A stretch of 64,000 nt of DNA from Reyranellaceae bacterium (GCA_050183765.1 JBFXAZ010000013.1:2265-66264); one strand, 5' to 3'. Numbered from the stretch's first letter, positions 11,051 to 19,747 are shown. A program made the numbers and translations. Notes: a model not told the origin generated them from the sequence alone.

Positions 11051-11755
11051 TCAGCCGCCGACGCGCACGACGAGAAAGACGATGCAGGCCGCGGCGACCA
11101 GCAGCGAAGCGGCCAGCCGTAAGCTGGCAAAGCGCAGGCCGGGCCGGGCCATGCCCGCCGGCACCAGCTTGTCGCCGCTGAGCATCGGGCCGACCAGGTT
11201 CTCGCGCTTGACCACAAGATAGAACAGCGAGGCGCTGACATGCAGCGCCACCATCACATAGAGCAGGTTGATCCAGATGTGATGGACCTTGGTCGCGCTG
11301 CTGCTGAAGCCGTCGCTGGCGAATTTTGCCAGCGGGCCGGCGTAGTAGCCCATGTCGGTGTCCGTGGCGAACAGGCCGGTGACGATCTGGACCAGCAAGC
11401 CGAGGATCAGCGCCACCACCATCCAGCCGCCGACCGGGTTGTGGCCGATCTCCGGCTCGGCCTTGCGGCCAAGCAGGCCGCGCAGGTACGCGATGCCGGC
11501 GCCCGGCCCCTTCACGAAATGGCCGAAGCGCGCCGTGGTGCTGCCCACGAAGCCCCAGGCGATGCGGAACAGCAGCAGCGCGAGGATGGCATAGCCGCAC
11601 CAGAAGTGGAGGGTCAGCCAGTTGTATTCCTTGTTCCAGCCCGGTCCCCATTCCACGCTGACGACCTGGACGATCACCAGCAGCACCAGGGTCCAGTGGA
11701 ACAGACGCGTCGGCAAATCCCACACGCGCAGCTTCGATCGAGACTCGCCGGCCAT
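11051..11755 (-). CDS. Cytochrome b561 family protein (Ni/Fe-hydrogenase b-type cytochrome subunit-like)
   Basis: Start moved to MAGESRSKLRVWDLPTRLFHWTLVLLV (ATG 11755). Four predicted TM helices carry the conserved His pattern (FHW..., HNPVGGW, HHIW). Confidence 0.82.
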   Translation of the reverse strand: MAGESRSKLRVWDLPTRLFHWTLVLLVIVQVVSVEWGPGWNKEYNWLTLHFWCGYAILALLLFRIAWGFVGSTTARFGHFVKGPGAGIAYLRGLLGRKAEPEIGHNPVGGWMVVALILGLLVQIVTGLFATDTDMGYYAGPLAKFASDGFSSSATKVHHIWINLLYVMVALHVSASLFYLVVKRENLVGPMLSGDKLVPAGMARPGLRFASLRLAASLLVAAACIVFLVVRVGG

Positions 11756-11897
11756 CGTCCCCTCGGTTCCTGTCCGCCGCACCACTGTGCCCTCGCGTCG
11801 CACCGGGTCAAGCGATTGATACCACGCCGCCTTTCCGCCATGTTGGCCGCCTAGCACTAGCATCGTTCGCCAAACTCGAACGAGCCGCAGGGGAGAC

Positions 11898-12539
11898 ATG
11901 GCAGCTCAACGCAAGATCGGCACGAAGCTGGCGATGGTGATCGCGCTGGCACTCGCGCCCGCGACGGTCCTGGCCCAGGGTTTCGGCACGCCGCCCGCAC
12001 CGAAGACACCCGGCAGCAAACCCGGTACGCCCCCATCCAAGCCGCTCGACCTGCCGCCGCCCGCACCGGCGACGCCGCCGCAGGACGCCGGCAAGGCGGA
12101 TGCCGACAAGGGCAAGCGGTACCTGGTCAACGACATGCAGCCGGCATTCGACGCGATCAAGGCGAAGGACTGGATCGGCGCCGAGAAGTTCCTGCTGCCC
12201 AAAGCCACCATCCGCGACCCGCGCGCGCAGTTCCTGCTCGGCTCCGAGATCTACGGCAACCGGGAATCGAAGCTCTACGATCTGAAGAAGGGAATCCCGC
12301 TGATCAAGGATTCGGCCGAGCGCGGCTTCGCCCGCTCGATGTTGTTCTACGGCATCAGCTACGCCGACGGCGCCGGCGTGCCCCGGGACATGGTCGAAGC
12401 CTACAAATGGACGGCGCTCGCCTCGCGCCGCGGCGTGCCCGAGGCCGGCATGTTCCTCTCCGAGATGGCGAAGAACATGACCCCCGACCAGATCGAGCGC
12501 GCCAAGGCCGCCGCCGACAAGTTCGCGCCGCACCGCTGA
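11898..12539 (+). CDS. Sel1-repeat (TPR-like) secreted protein
   Basis: Signal peptide MAAQRKIGTKLAMVIALALAPATVLAQ, a Pro-rich linker, then Sel1-like repeats (YGISYADGAGVPRDMVEAYKWTALAS). Confidence 0.72.
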   Translation: MAAQRKIGTKLAMVIALALAPATVLAQGFGTPPAPKTPGSKPGTPPSKPLDLPPPAPATPPQDAGKADADKGKRYLVNDMQPAFDAIKAKDWIGAEKFLLPKATIRDPRAQFLLGSEIYGNRESKLYDLKKGIPLIKDSAERGFARSMLFYGISYADGAGVPRDMVEAYKWTALASRRGVPEAGMFLSEMAKNMTPDQIERAKAAADKFAPHR

Positions 12540-13750
12540 TGGCCTCTCGCCGCCTTCGCCGTGCCTTGGCGCTCGCCTGCTCGCTGGCGCTCGCGGCACC
12601 GGCCTGGGCGCAGGACAAGGCGGCGGACCTCGCCAGGGCGGTCGCCGCCGCCGAACGCGGCAACGCCGTGGTGGCGGAGCCGCTGCTGCGCACCCTGGCG
12701 CTCGACAATGTCGAGGCTGCGGCCTGGCTGGGCTTTCTTCTGGTGCAGCACGGCGACGAGGACAACGTCAAGGAGGGCATGATCCTGCTGCGCCGCGCCG
12801 CCTTCGCCGGCAACGCGCGCGCCAAGTACGGGCTGGCTTTCCAGTATCTCACCGGCGTCGGCACCGATCGCAACGATATCGAGGCCGCGCGTCTGTTCCG
12901 CGAGGCGGCGGAAGGCGGCATCGCGCGGGCCGCCTACAATCTCGGCCTGATGTACGCCGCCGGCCGCGGCGTGCCGCGCGATCCGGCCCAGGCGTTGAAG
13001 TGGTACGAGCAGGCGTCCCAGGCCGGCGATCCGTACGGCAGCTATGCCTGGGCGCGCGCGCTGGAGACCTCGCCGCAGGCGGCGCAGCGCTGGGGCGAGA
13101 TCGCCCCGCTGTATCTCAGTGCCGCCAAGGCGGGCCATCTGGCGGCGGCGGTCCGCTACGGCGCCATGCTGCTGGAGGGGCGTGGCGTGAGCCGCGACCG
13201 CGCGCGCGCGGAGTTCTGGCTGCGCCATGCCGCCGACCACGGCTATCCCGAGGCGGCCCTGCTGATGGGCGACCTGTTCGGCCAGATCGCCATGTCGCAT
13301 ACCGGCAGGCAGCAGGACGAAGCCGCCCGCTCGGCGGCGACCTGGTATCTGCGCGCCGCCGAGGCCGGCGTGCCGATGGCCCAGGCCAAGCTGGGCAATT
13401 GCTTTTTCGCCGGCGCCGGTGTGACACGCGATTTCGTGGCGGCGCAGCGCTGGTACCGCCGCGCCGCCAACCAGGGTTACGCCGATGCGCAGTATGTGCT
13501 GGGCATCTGGCTGAGCGGTGGTGTCGCCGGCATCACCGATCCGGCCGCCGGCTATCAGTGGCTCACGCTGGCCGAGCGCCAGGGCCACAGCAACGCCGCC
13601 AAGGTCCGCGCGCGCGCCGCCGAAAAGCTCACCCCGGACGAAATCCAGCGCGGCAGCGCCGCGGCGCTGGCCTTCATACCTCGGCCGGAACGCGCCAGGA
13701 GCACCGACGACGAAGCGCCGCCGTTGCGGCCGCCGGCCAAGGTGCCGTGA
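12539..13750 (+). CDS. Sel1-repeat (TPR-like) secreted protein
   Basis: Start at MASRRLRRALALACSLALAAPAWAQ, with a TGATG overlap onto the upstream stop. It contains many Sel1 repeats (GxGVxxDxxxAxxWYxxAA pattern, e.g. GRGVPRDPAQALKWYEQASQAG). Confidence 0.8.
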   Translation: MASRRLRRALALACSLALAAPAWAQDKAADLARAVAAAERGNAVVAEPLLRTLALDNVEAAAWLGFLLVQHGDEDNVKEGMILLRRAAFAGNARAKYGLAFQYLTGVGTDRNDIEAARLFREAAEGGIARAAYNLGLMYAAGRGVPRDPAQALKWYEQASQAGDPYGSYAWARALETSPQAAQRWGEIAPLYLSAAKAGHLAAAVRYGAMLLEGRGVSRDRARAEFWLRHAADHGYPEAALLMGDLFGQIAMSHTGRQQDEAARSAATWYLRAAEAGVPMAQAKLGNCFFAGAGVTRDFVAAQRWYRRAANQGYADAQYVLGIWLSGGVAGITDPAAGYQWLTLAERQGHSNAAKVRARAAEKLTPDEIQRGSAAALAFIPRPERARSTDDEAPPLRPPAKVP

Positions 13751-13760
13751 AGTCGTATTC

Positions 13761-13793
13761 TTGACTTGTATTATTTCGGATTCCTAGGATTCC
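13761..13793 (+). promoter_or_regulatory. Candidate sigma70-like promoter with overlapping repeat operator
   Basis: TTGACT (13761-13766), an 18-nt spacer, then TAGGAT (13785-13790). A direct repeat GGATTCC-TA-GGATTCC with palindromic core TCCTAGGA (13782-13789) overlaps the -10 element, about 45 nt upstream of the XRE/S24 gene. Confidence 0.3.
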
Positions 13794-13832
13794 CACCGCT
13801 TTCCCAACCACAGGCCCAATCAAAGGTCGAGG

Positions 13833-14453
13833 ATGCGCGAGCCGTTCAGGGAATTGGGTCACCGAATCAAGGGCCTACGCAAGCAGAAGGGTCTGACCCA
13901 GCAGGAATTCGCAGCCAAGCTGGGTGTCACCCAGCCCACCGTGCATCGCTGGGAAAAAGGCGCCTTCGCGCCCGACGACGCCATGCTGGAGGTGCTCTCC
14001 GACCTGGCCGGCGTGCCGACGGCGGTGTTCCGCTATGGCGAGACTCGCGCCGGCCGGCGCATGATTCCGATCACGGGGTTTGTCGGCGCCGGTGGCGAGG
14101 TGCTGGCGATCGGCGATCCGTCTCCCGGAGCCAGCGCCGAGGAGGTCGACGCGCCTTCCGATGCCGGGCTCTACATGGTCGCCGTCAGGGTGCGCGGCGA
14201 TGGCATGCTGCCGGTGTATGGCGACGGCGACATCCTGTTCTACGGCCGCGATCCGGGATTGGGCGGTGTCGACCCGTTGACCTGCGTGGGTCGTGATTGC
14301 GTCGTGAAGCTCGTCAACGGACCAACATTGCTCAAGCGCGTCGCACTGGGCGGCGGCCGCAATACCTACCTGCTGCTGTCGGTCTTCGCCGAGCCGATCG
14401 TCAACATCCGGCTCGAATGGGCGAGCCCTGTGCGCTGGGTGAAACGGCGCTAG
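13833..14453 (+). CDS. XRE-family HTH repressor with C-terminal S24 (LexA/CI-like) domain lacking the catalytic Ser
   Basis: N-terminal HTH LRKQKGLTQQEFAAKLGVTQPTVHRWEKG. The C-terminal S24-like fold reads GDGMLPVYGDGDILF where LexA/CI have GDSM, and a VVKL Lys is retained. Confidence 0.78.
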   Translation: MREPFRELGHRIKGLRKQKGLTQQEFAAKLGVTQPTVHRWEKGAFAPDDAMLEVLSDLAGVPTAVFRYGETRAGRRMIPITGFVGAGGEVLAIGDPSPGASAEEVDAPSDAGLYMVAVRVRGDGMLPVYGDGDILFYGRDPGLGGVDPLTCVGRDCVVKLVNGPTLLKRVALGGGRNTYLLLSVFAEPIVNIRLEWASPVRWVKRR

Positions 14454-14456
14454 GCG

Positions 14457-14681
14457 CTACTTGCGCGGACAGCTCGGCGGACGCCAGACGCCCTTTTGGC
14501 CGGCCGGCGGACACGGCGTGGACGCAGCCAAGGCGCGACGGTCGAGCTGCATCAGCGTCGGCGCCGAATAGGCCACACCAGCGACGAGGCCCAGCCGTGC
14601 CAGCGCGCGGCGGCGTGACACAGAAACGTCCTCGCGCGTCGAGGGCGTTGCGGCTTCAGTTGTGTCGGGAGTCTTATGCAT
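14457..14681 (-). CDS. Small protein with twin-arginine-like signal and Cys-containing C-terminus (hypothetical)
   Basis: MHKTPDTTEAATPSTREDVSVSRRRALARLGLVAGVAYSAPTLMQLDRRALAASTPCPPAGQKGVWRPPSCPRK contains an SRRRAL + hydrophobic stretch that is Tat-like. Coding status is unproven. Confidence 0.4.
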   Translation of the reverse strand: MHKTPDTTEAATPSTREDVSVSRRRALARLGLVAGVAYSAPTLMQLDRRALAASTPCPPAGQKGVWRPPSCPRK

Positions 14682-14789
14682 GAACACCAATCCCCAGGCC
14701 CATATGACTTGGATTTATGGCTTGAACTATATCAGGCCCAGTGCAGCTTGGCTAGCGGCCCCTCGTCAACTCCCTGACGGAAAGGGACA

Positions 14790-15275
14790 ATGTCGGTGGT
14801 ATCGAGTGACGACCCTCTTGGCCGGCCGGAGGTCACCCAGGCGGTGACCCGGGGGGCGGCGCGCTGGCTGCGTCAGCGCCGCCTGGCGCCGATTCTTGAG
14901 GTGCCCCTGGCCGACGGGCGGCGCGCCGATATTGTCGCGGTGGGCGACAGCGGCGAGATCATCATCATCGAGGTGAAATCCAGCCTCGAGGATTTCCGGG
15001 TCGACACCAAGTGGGGCGATTACCTCGCCTGGTGCGACCGGTTCTACTTCGCGACCCCCGCCACCTTCCCGCTCGAGCTGTTGCCGGCCGAAACCGGCGT
15101 GATCCTGGCGGATGCCTTCGGCGCGGAGCTGCTGCGCGACGATTCGCGGCTGGCCGAGGCGACGCGGCTGTCGGCCGCGCGCCGCAAGGCCTTGCTGGTG
15201 CGGTTGACCAGGCTGGCGGGCGAACGCCTGCAGCGCCTGGCCGATCCGGCTTTCGGCGCGCTCGACGGCGCCTGA
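14790..15275 (+). CDS. MmcB-family DNA repair protein (PD-(D/E)xK fold)
   Basis: The segment ...ADGRRADIVAVGDSGEIIIIEVKSSLEDFRVDTKWGDYLAWCDRFYFA has a D...E-x-K nuclease-like motif, and the overall sequence is typical of alphaproteobacterial MmcB. Confidence 0.75.
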   Translation: MSVVSSDDPLGRPEVTQAVTRGAARWLRQRRLAPILEVPLADGRRADIVAVGDSGEIIIIEVKSSLEDFRVDTKWGDYLAWCDRFYFATPATFPLELLPAETGVILADAFGAELLRDDSRLAEATRLSAARRKALLVRLTRLAGERLQRLADPAFGALDGA

Positions 15276-15278
15276 GCC

Positions 15279-16748
15279 TCAGCCGCCGCCCATGCGGCGG
15301 ATCGTAGCGGTGGTGCTGTGTCCCTCGGCCAGCCGCGCCAGCACGACCTTGCCGCCCCAGCCTTCGACCAGATCGGCGCCGACCACGGTCTCGCGGGTGT
15401 AGTCGGCCCCCTTCACCAGCACGTCGGGCCGCACGGCCTCGATCAGCTTCACGGGCGTGTCCTCGGCGAACACCGTCACCAGATCGACATCGGCCAACGA
15501 CGCCAGCACGGTGGCGCGCGCCGTCTCGCCATTCACCGGGCGTCCGGCGCCCTTGAGGCGGCGCACCGAGTCGTCGCTGTTGAGCCCGACCACCAGCCGA
15601 TCGCAGGCGGCGCGCGCCTGGCGCATCAGCGAGACGTGGCCGGGATGCAGCAAATCGAAGCAGCCGTTGGTGAAGCCGATCTTCAGCCCTGCCCGACGCC
15701 AGCGCGCGACCTCGTCGCGCAGCCGCGCCATGTCGGCGATCTTCGACGCATGCGGATCCCCGCCGCCGCTGCCCAGCAGCCCGCGCGCCAGCTCGGCCAG
15801 GGAGCAGGTCGCGGTGCCCAGCTTGGCCACCACGACGGCGGCCGCCACGTTGGCGAGGACCGCGGCGTCCTCGGCCGGCAGACCGCCGCCCAGCGCCGCG
15901 GCGAAGGTCGCGATCACCGTATCGCCGGCACCCGAGACGTCGAACACCTCGACCGATCGCGCCGGCACGTGCAGCGTGGCGGCTTCGGCCCGAACCAGCG
16001 ACAGGCCCTGCGCGCCGCGCGTCGCCAGAACCTGCTGCAGGCCCAGCCTGGCGATCAGCGCGCGCGCGGCGGCTTCGATCTCGGCGTCGCTGCCGGTGGC
16101 CATGCCGGTGGCGTCGGCCAGCTCATGGCGGTTGGGCGTCAGCACGGTGGCGCCGGCATAGACGCCATAGTCGCTGCCCTTGGGATCGACGATCACCGGT
16201 CGGCCGGCCTCGCGCGCCGCGCCGATGATGTCGCGCGCCACGCCGTCGGCCAGCACGCCCTTGCCGTAGTCCGACAGGATGACGATGTCGCATTCCGCCA
16301 GCGACGGCGCGACGCGCGCCAGCAGGTTCTGCCGCGCCGTCGCCGACAATGGCGCAACCTCCTCGCGATCCGCGCGCAGCAATTGCTGCGCGCCGCCGAT
16401 GAAGCGGTTCTTCACCGTGCTGACGCGGCCCTGGTCGATCACCAGTTGCGCCTCGATGGCATGTTCCTCACCCAGCAGGCCGGCGATCTCCCGCCCGGCG
16501 GCATCGCCGCCGGCCGCAGTGGCGAAGATCGCCTGCGCGCCCAGGGCGGCGAGATTGCGCGCGACGTTGCCTGCACCGCCCAGCATCGCGCTCTCGCGCT
16601 CGATGCGCAGGACGGGAATCGGCGCCTCGGGCGAGATGCGCTCGACCGCGCCGTAGACGTAACGGTCGAGCATCACGTCGCCGACCACCAGCACGCGCAC
16701 CGAGCCCAGCGCCGGCAGGCGCGCGAAGAGCGCGTCGATTTCGCTCAT
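15279..16748 (-). CDS. hldE: Bifunctional D-beta-D-heptose 7-phosphate kinase / D-beta-D-heptose 1-phosphate adenylyltransferase
   Basis: Start at MSEIDALFARLPALGSVRVLVVGDVMLDRY (ATGA overlap with the gmhA stop). A ribokinase-like domain (DVSGAGDTV) is followed by a cytidylyltransferase-like domain (GFTNGCFDLLHPGHV). Confidence 0.92.
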   Translation of the reverse strand: MSEIDALFARLPALGSVRVLVVGDVMLDRYVYGAVERISPEAPIPVLRIERESAMLGGAGNVARNLAALGAQAIFATAAGGDAAGREIAGLLGEEHAIEAQLVIDQGRVSTVKNRFIGGAQQLLRADREEVAPLSATARQNLLARVAPSLAECDIVILSDYGKGVLADGVARDIIGAAREAGRPVIVDPKGSDYGVYAGATVLTPNRHELADATGMATGSDAEIEAAARALIARLGLQQVLATRGAQGLSLVRAEAATLHVPARSVEVFDVSGAGDTVIATFAAALGGGLPAEDAAVLANVAAAVVVAKLGTATCSLAELARGLLGSGGGDPHASKIADMARLRDEVARWRRAGLKIGFTNGCFDLLHPGHVSLMRQARAACDRLVVGLNSDDSVRRLKGAGRPVNGETARATVLASLADVDLVTVFAEDTPVKLIEAVRPDVLVKGADYTRETVVGADLVEGWGGKVVLARLAEGHSTTATIRRMGGG

Positions 16749-17374
16749 CGCCGCTCGCCCGCCAGTCCGAGCGCGATCTCGACCGCGCCGCACAGCATCT
16801 GACCCAAGGCAAGGTGCATCTCCTGGATGCGCGCAACGGTCCGCGACGGCACGATCAGGCAGGGCTCGGCCAGCCCGCGCAACTCGCCGCCATCGCCGCC
16901 GCCCAGCGCCACCGCCGTCAGCCCCTGGCCGCGCGCCTGCGACAGGCCCTGCAGCACGTTGCGGCTGCGGCCCGAGGTCGAAATGCCCATGGCGACGTCG
17001 CCCGGCCGGCCCAGCGCCTCGATCTGGCGCGCGAAGATGCGCTCGAAGCCGAGGTCGTTGCCCGCCGCCGTGAGCGTGGCCCCCTCGGCGGTCAGCGCCA
17101 GCGCCGGCAGCGCCCGCCGGTCGGCGCGATAGCGCACCGAGAATTCCGTGGCGATGTGCTGGGCGTCCGCCGCGCTGCCGCCGTTGCCGAAGATCAGCAG
17201 CTTGTGGCCGTCGGCGAAAGCGCGCGCGCAAATCTCGACCAGCCGCGCGAAATCCTCGCGCAGCGTGCGCCGCGTCTCGGCGGCGACGGCGAGATGCTCG
17301 TCGAGCTCGCCGGCCCAGTAGGCGTCGAGAGATCGCAGGCGCTGGCGCAAGGTCGCGAGGGCATCGTCAGGCAC
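16745..17374 (-). CDS. gmhA: D-sedoheptulose 7-phosphate isomerase (SIS domain)
   Basis: GHKLLIFGNGGSAADAQHIATEF...GISTSGRSRNVLQG is a GmhA-type SIS domain. The gene is translationally coupled to hldE. Confidence 0.9.
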   Translation of the reverse strand: MPDDALATLRQRLRSLDAYWAGELDEHLAVAAETRRTLREDFARLVEICARAFADGHKLLIFGNGGSAADAQHIATEFSVRYRADRRALPALALTAEGATLTAAGNDLGFERIFARQIEALGRPGDVAMGISTSGRSRNVLQGLSQARGQGLTAVALGGGDGGELRGLAEPCLIVPSRTVARIQEMHLALGQMLCGAVEIALGLAGERR

Positions 17375-17418
17375 GGCGGCGATTGTGAATCAAAGGCGAG
17401 GCCATATCCACCTCGGCG

Positions 17419-18342
17419 ATGCGATGGCAGGATGCGGGCGCAATGTCCCGACGACGCGCCTACGCTTTCGCCGCCCTCGACAACGCCTGGATCCACGTCG
17501 ACAGCGATGCGGCGCTGGAGCTCTTCCATCGCCGGTTTCTCGCCCTCTGGCCGATGCGCGAAGGCGGCACGGCGCCGGCCGATATCGTCATCGAGGCGAC
17601 CGCCGCCGACATCGACGCCTACGAACTTCGCCACCCCGCACTGCCGGACGGCATGCTGCGCGTCGCCAGCGCCGAGGAGGCGGCCAACCAGATCGTCTCA
17701 TTGCTGGTGGCCGAGGTCATCCAGCGATCGCCGCGCCTGGTTTCGCTGCATGCCGGCGCGGCGCGCGTCGGCGACGGGCTGATCGTGCTGCCGGGCGATT
17801 CGATGAGCGGCAAGAGCACCCTGTCGCTTCAGCTCGCCCGGCGCGGCGCGCGCTTCGTCGGCGACGATCGCCTGCTGGTCGGCGGCGGCGCGGCGCTGGG
17901 CGGCGACGCCGGTGTGATCGGCGTGGCGCTCGGCCTCACACCACGGGTCCGCCTGCCGATCCATCGCGCCGCCGGCCCCGACTATGCCGCCTTCGTCGAC
18001 CGACACATGACGGTCGAGCATCGCGACGAGGAGGGCGTCGCCACGATCGCCACCGTGGATCCCGAGAGCATCGGCGGCGCACCGTTCGGCGAGGTGGCGC
18101 CGGTGGCGGCCATCGTCGTGCCGCGCCGGGTCGAAGGCGATGACAGCGCCCTTGAGCTGCGGCCGCTGCCGCGCGGGCAGGCGGCACTGGTCCTGCTGCG
18201 CCAGACGGCGACGCCGGCGGTCGACGCCGCCGAGCTGGTCGGCATGATGAGCGCGCTCGCCGCCGGCGTGCCGTGCTGGTCGCTCGCCTATGGCTCCAGC
18301 GCCCGCGCCGCCGATCGCCTGATGCGCCCGCTTGGCGATTGA
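17419..18342 (+). CDS. HprK-related kinase (HprK-related kinase A-like)
   Basis: P-loop LPGDSMSGKSTLSLQLARRGARFVGDD resembles the HPr kinase/phosphorylase C-domain. The start is ambiguous (17419 or the Met at 17443). The gene is followed by a PqqD-like gene. Confidence 0.72.
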   Translation: MRWQDAGAMSRRRAYAFAALDNAWIHVDSDAALELFHRRFLALWPMREGGTAPADIVIEATAADIDAYELRHPALPDGMLRVASAEEAANQIVSLLVAEVIQRSPRLVSLHAGAARVGDGLIVLPGDSMSGKSTLSLQLARRGARFVGDDRLLVGGGAALGGDAGVIGVALGLTPRVRLPIHRAAGPDYAAFVDRHMTVEHRDEEGVATIATVDPESIGGAPFGEVAPVAAIVVPRRVEGDDSALELRPLPRGQAALVLLRQTATPAVDAAELVGMMSALAAGVPCWSLAYGSSARAADRLMRPLGD

Positions 18343-18372
18343 CCCCCGGCCGCCGACGCTCGACAAGGTGAC

Positions 18373-18642
18373 ATGGCCCTGCTGCAGCGCAATCCCGAGG
18401 TCACCGTCACGACGATGGAGGACGGCACCTTCGTCGTCGACCCGGCGACCCAGGCGATCTTCTATCTCGATACGCTGGCGGGCGGCGTCTGGACGGCGCT
18501 CGCCGAGCCGATGAGCGCGAGCGACCTCGAGGCGTTGTTGTGCGACGCCTTTCCCGAGCTGCCGCCCGAAACGATCGCGCGCGACCTCGCCGCCCTGCTG
18601 CGGACCATGACCGAACGCCGCCTGCTGCTCACGATGGACTGA
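18373..18642 (+). CDS. PqqD-family protein (RiPP-recognition-element-like peptide chaperone)
   Basis: 89 aa: MALLQRNPEVTVTTMEDGTFVVDPATQAIFYLDTLAGGVWTALAEPMSASDLEALLCDAFPE... shows a typical PqqD beta-strand plus helical layout. Confidence 0.78.
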   Translation: MALLQRNPEVTVTTMEDGTFVVDPATQAIFYLDTLAGGVWTALAEPMSASDLEALLCDAFPELPPETIARDLAALLRTMTERRLLLTMD

Positions 18643-19747
18643 GCCGGGCTTCGGGCGGGATGCCGTCGCTGCGTCGGACCAGGCCACGCAGGCGGCGCAG
18701 GTTGAGGGCGACGAAGGTCGCGGGCTCGCGCGCCAGCAGCGCCTCGCGGGCAAGCAGTGCGGCGGCGTTGGGATCGCGCGGGAACATCGCCAGCCAGTCG
18801 GCCAGCATGCGCGCGAAGACGTGGCCCGCGAGCCCGACGGGCCGCTGCGACAGCGCTTCCGGCACCAGGATCTGCGGCAGCCCCAGAGTCACCATCAGCG
18901 CGAGGGTCGCGTTGAGCGCGGGCATCAGCGCCGCGCGTCGGGCGCGCGCCTCGATCTCCTGCCAGTCGATGGCGCCGTGGTGGCGCGCCAGCAACCGGGA
19001 CAGATCGATCACCTTGGACAGGGTCGGCGCGAAGAAGCGGTCCTTGGCGATGTTCGAGATCGCGATCAGGCAGGCGTGCTCCGGCGACGGCGCGGCGAAG
19101 GTGCCGTGCGCATAAGCGACGCGACGGGCCGCCTTGCGCACGTCGTCCGCCGGCAGGCCCCGGTGCAGCGGCCAGGAATCGGCCTCGACGTGCAGGTCGA
19201 TGTTGCACAGGCCGTCGGGCGAGAAGAACGGCACGAAGCTGGCGTCGGAAACGAAGCCCCAGCGCCGCCGCCCATCGGCGGCGAAGGCGTAGTTGCGCTT
19301 GCCGAACAGGTCGATCACCGCCGCCAGCTGGTCGCGGCGAACCAGAACGTCGAGGTCGCCGGTGATCCGCGCGGCGGGATCCGGGTACAGAGCGTGGGCA
19401 TGGGCGAAGCCCTTCAGCGCCACCGGATCCAGCCCGGCTTGGGTCATCAGGCGCATCGCCTCCGCCTGCGCGCCAAGCGTCAGCCGGGCGACCAGCAGAG
19501 CCTGCCGGGCGGTTGCCGCATCGATCGGCGAGGGCATACCGGCCAAAGTCAGTGGCTTCAGAAGACTTTCGGCCCAGGCAGGCGATACGCGCCGACAAAG
19601 CCGTTGCGCGAGGATCGATAGCGCGGCGGCCGGGGCCGCTGCGGCGGGCCGACCGGTCAGCAGCACCGCCCACAATGGCCCCGCCGCAGCCTCGATGCCC
19701 TCCATCCGCTCCATCCCGGACCATCCCGCCGCCGCGCGGCGTCCCAA
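18629..19747 (-). CDS. Nucleotidyltransferase family protein (PF14907-like)
   Basis: ALKGFAHAHALYPDPAARITGDLDVLV...NIDLH matches the 'uncharacterised nucleotidyltransferase' family pattern. The 3' end overlaps the PqqD gene by 14 nt (convergent). The start codon is uncertain. Confidence 0.68.
   Translation of the reverse strand: MGRRAAAGWSGMERMEGIEAAAGPLWAVLLTGRPAAAAPAAALSILAQRLCRRVSPAWAESLLKPLTLAGMPSPIDAATARQALLVARLTLGAQAEAMRLMTQAGLDPVALKGFAHAHALYPDPAARITGDLDVLVRRDQLAAVIDLFGKRNYAFAADGRRRWGFVSDASFVPFFSPDGLCNIDLHVEADSWPLHRGLPADDVRKAARRVAYAHGTFAAPSPEHACLIAISNIAKDRFFAPTLSKVIDLSRLLARHHGAIDWQEIEARARRAALMPALNATLALMVTLGLPQILVPEALSQRPVGLAGHVFARMLADWLAMFPRDPNAAALLAREALLAREPATFVALNLRRLRGLVRRSDGIPPEARLSPS

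Noticed and set aside
18629-18642. Convergent 3'-end overlaps of gene pairs (18629-18642, 46987-46994, 56620-56632) considered as possible antisense regulation.
   Set aside because: Short convergent overlaps are common in compact GC-rich genomes. There is no additional structure or conservation evidence available from the sequence alone.
17419-19747. The HprK-like/PqqD/nucleotidyltransferase trio interpreted as a lasso-peptide or other RiPP biosynthetic gene cluster.
   Set aside because: I found no asparagine-synthetase-like cyclase, transglutaminase-like leader protease, radical SAM enzyme, dedicated exporter or plausible short precursor ORF within several kb. It is reported as a cassette of unknown function instead.
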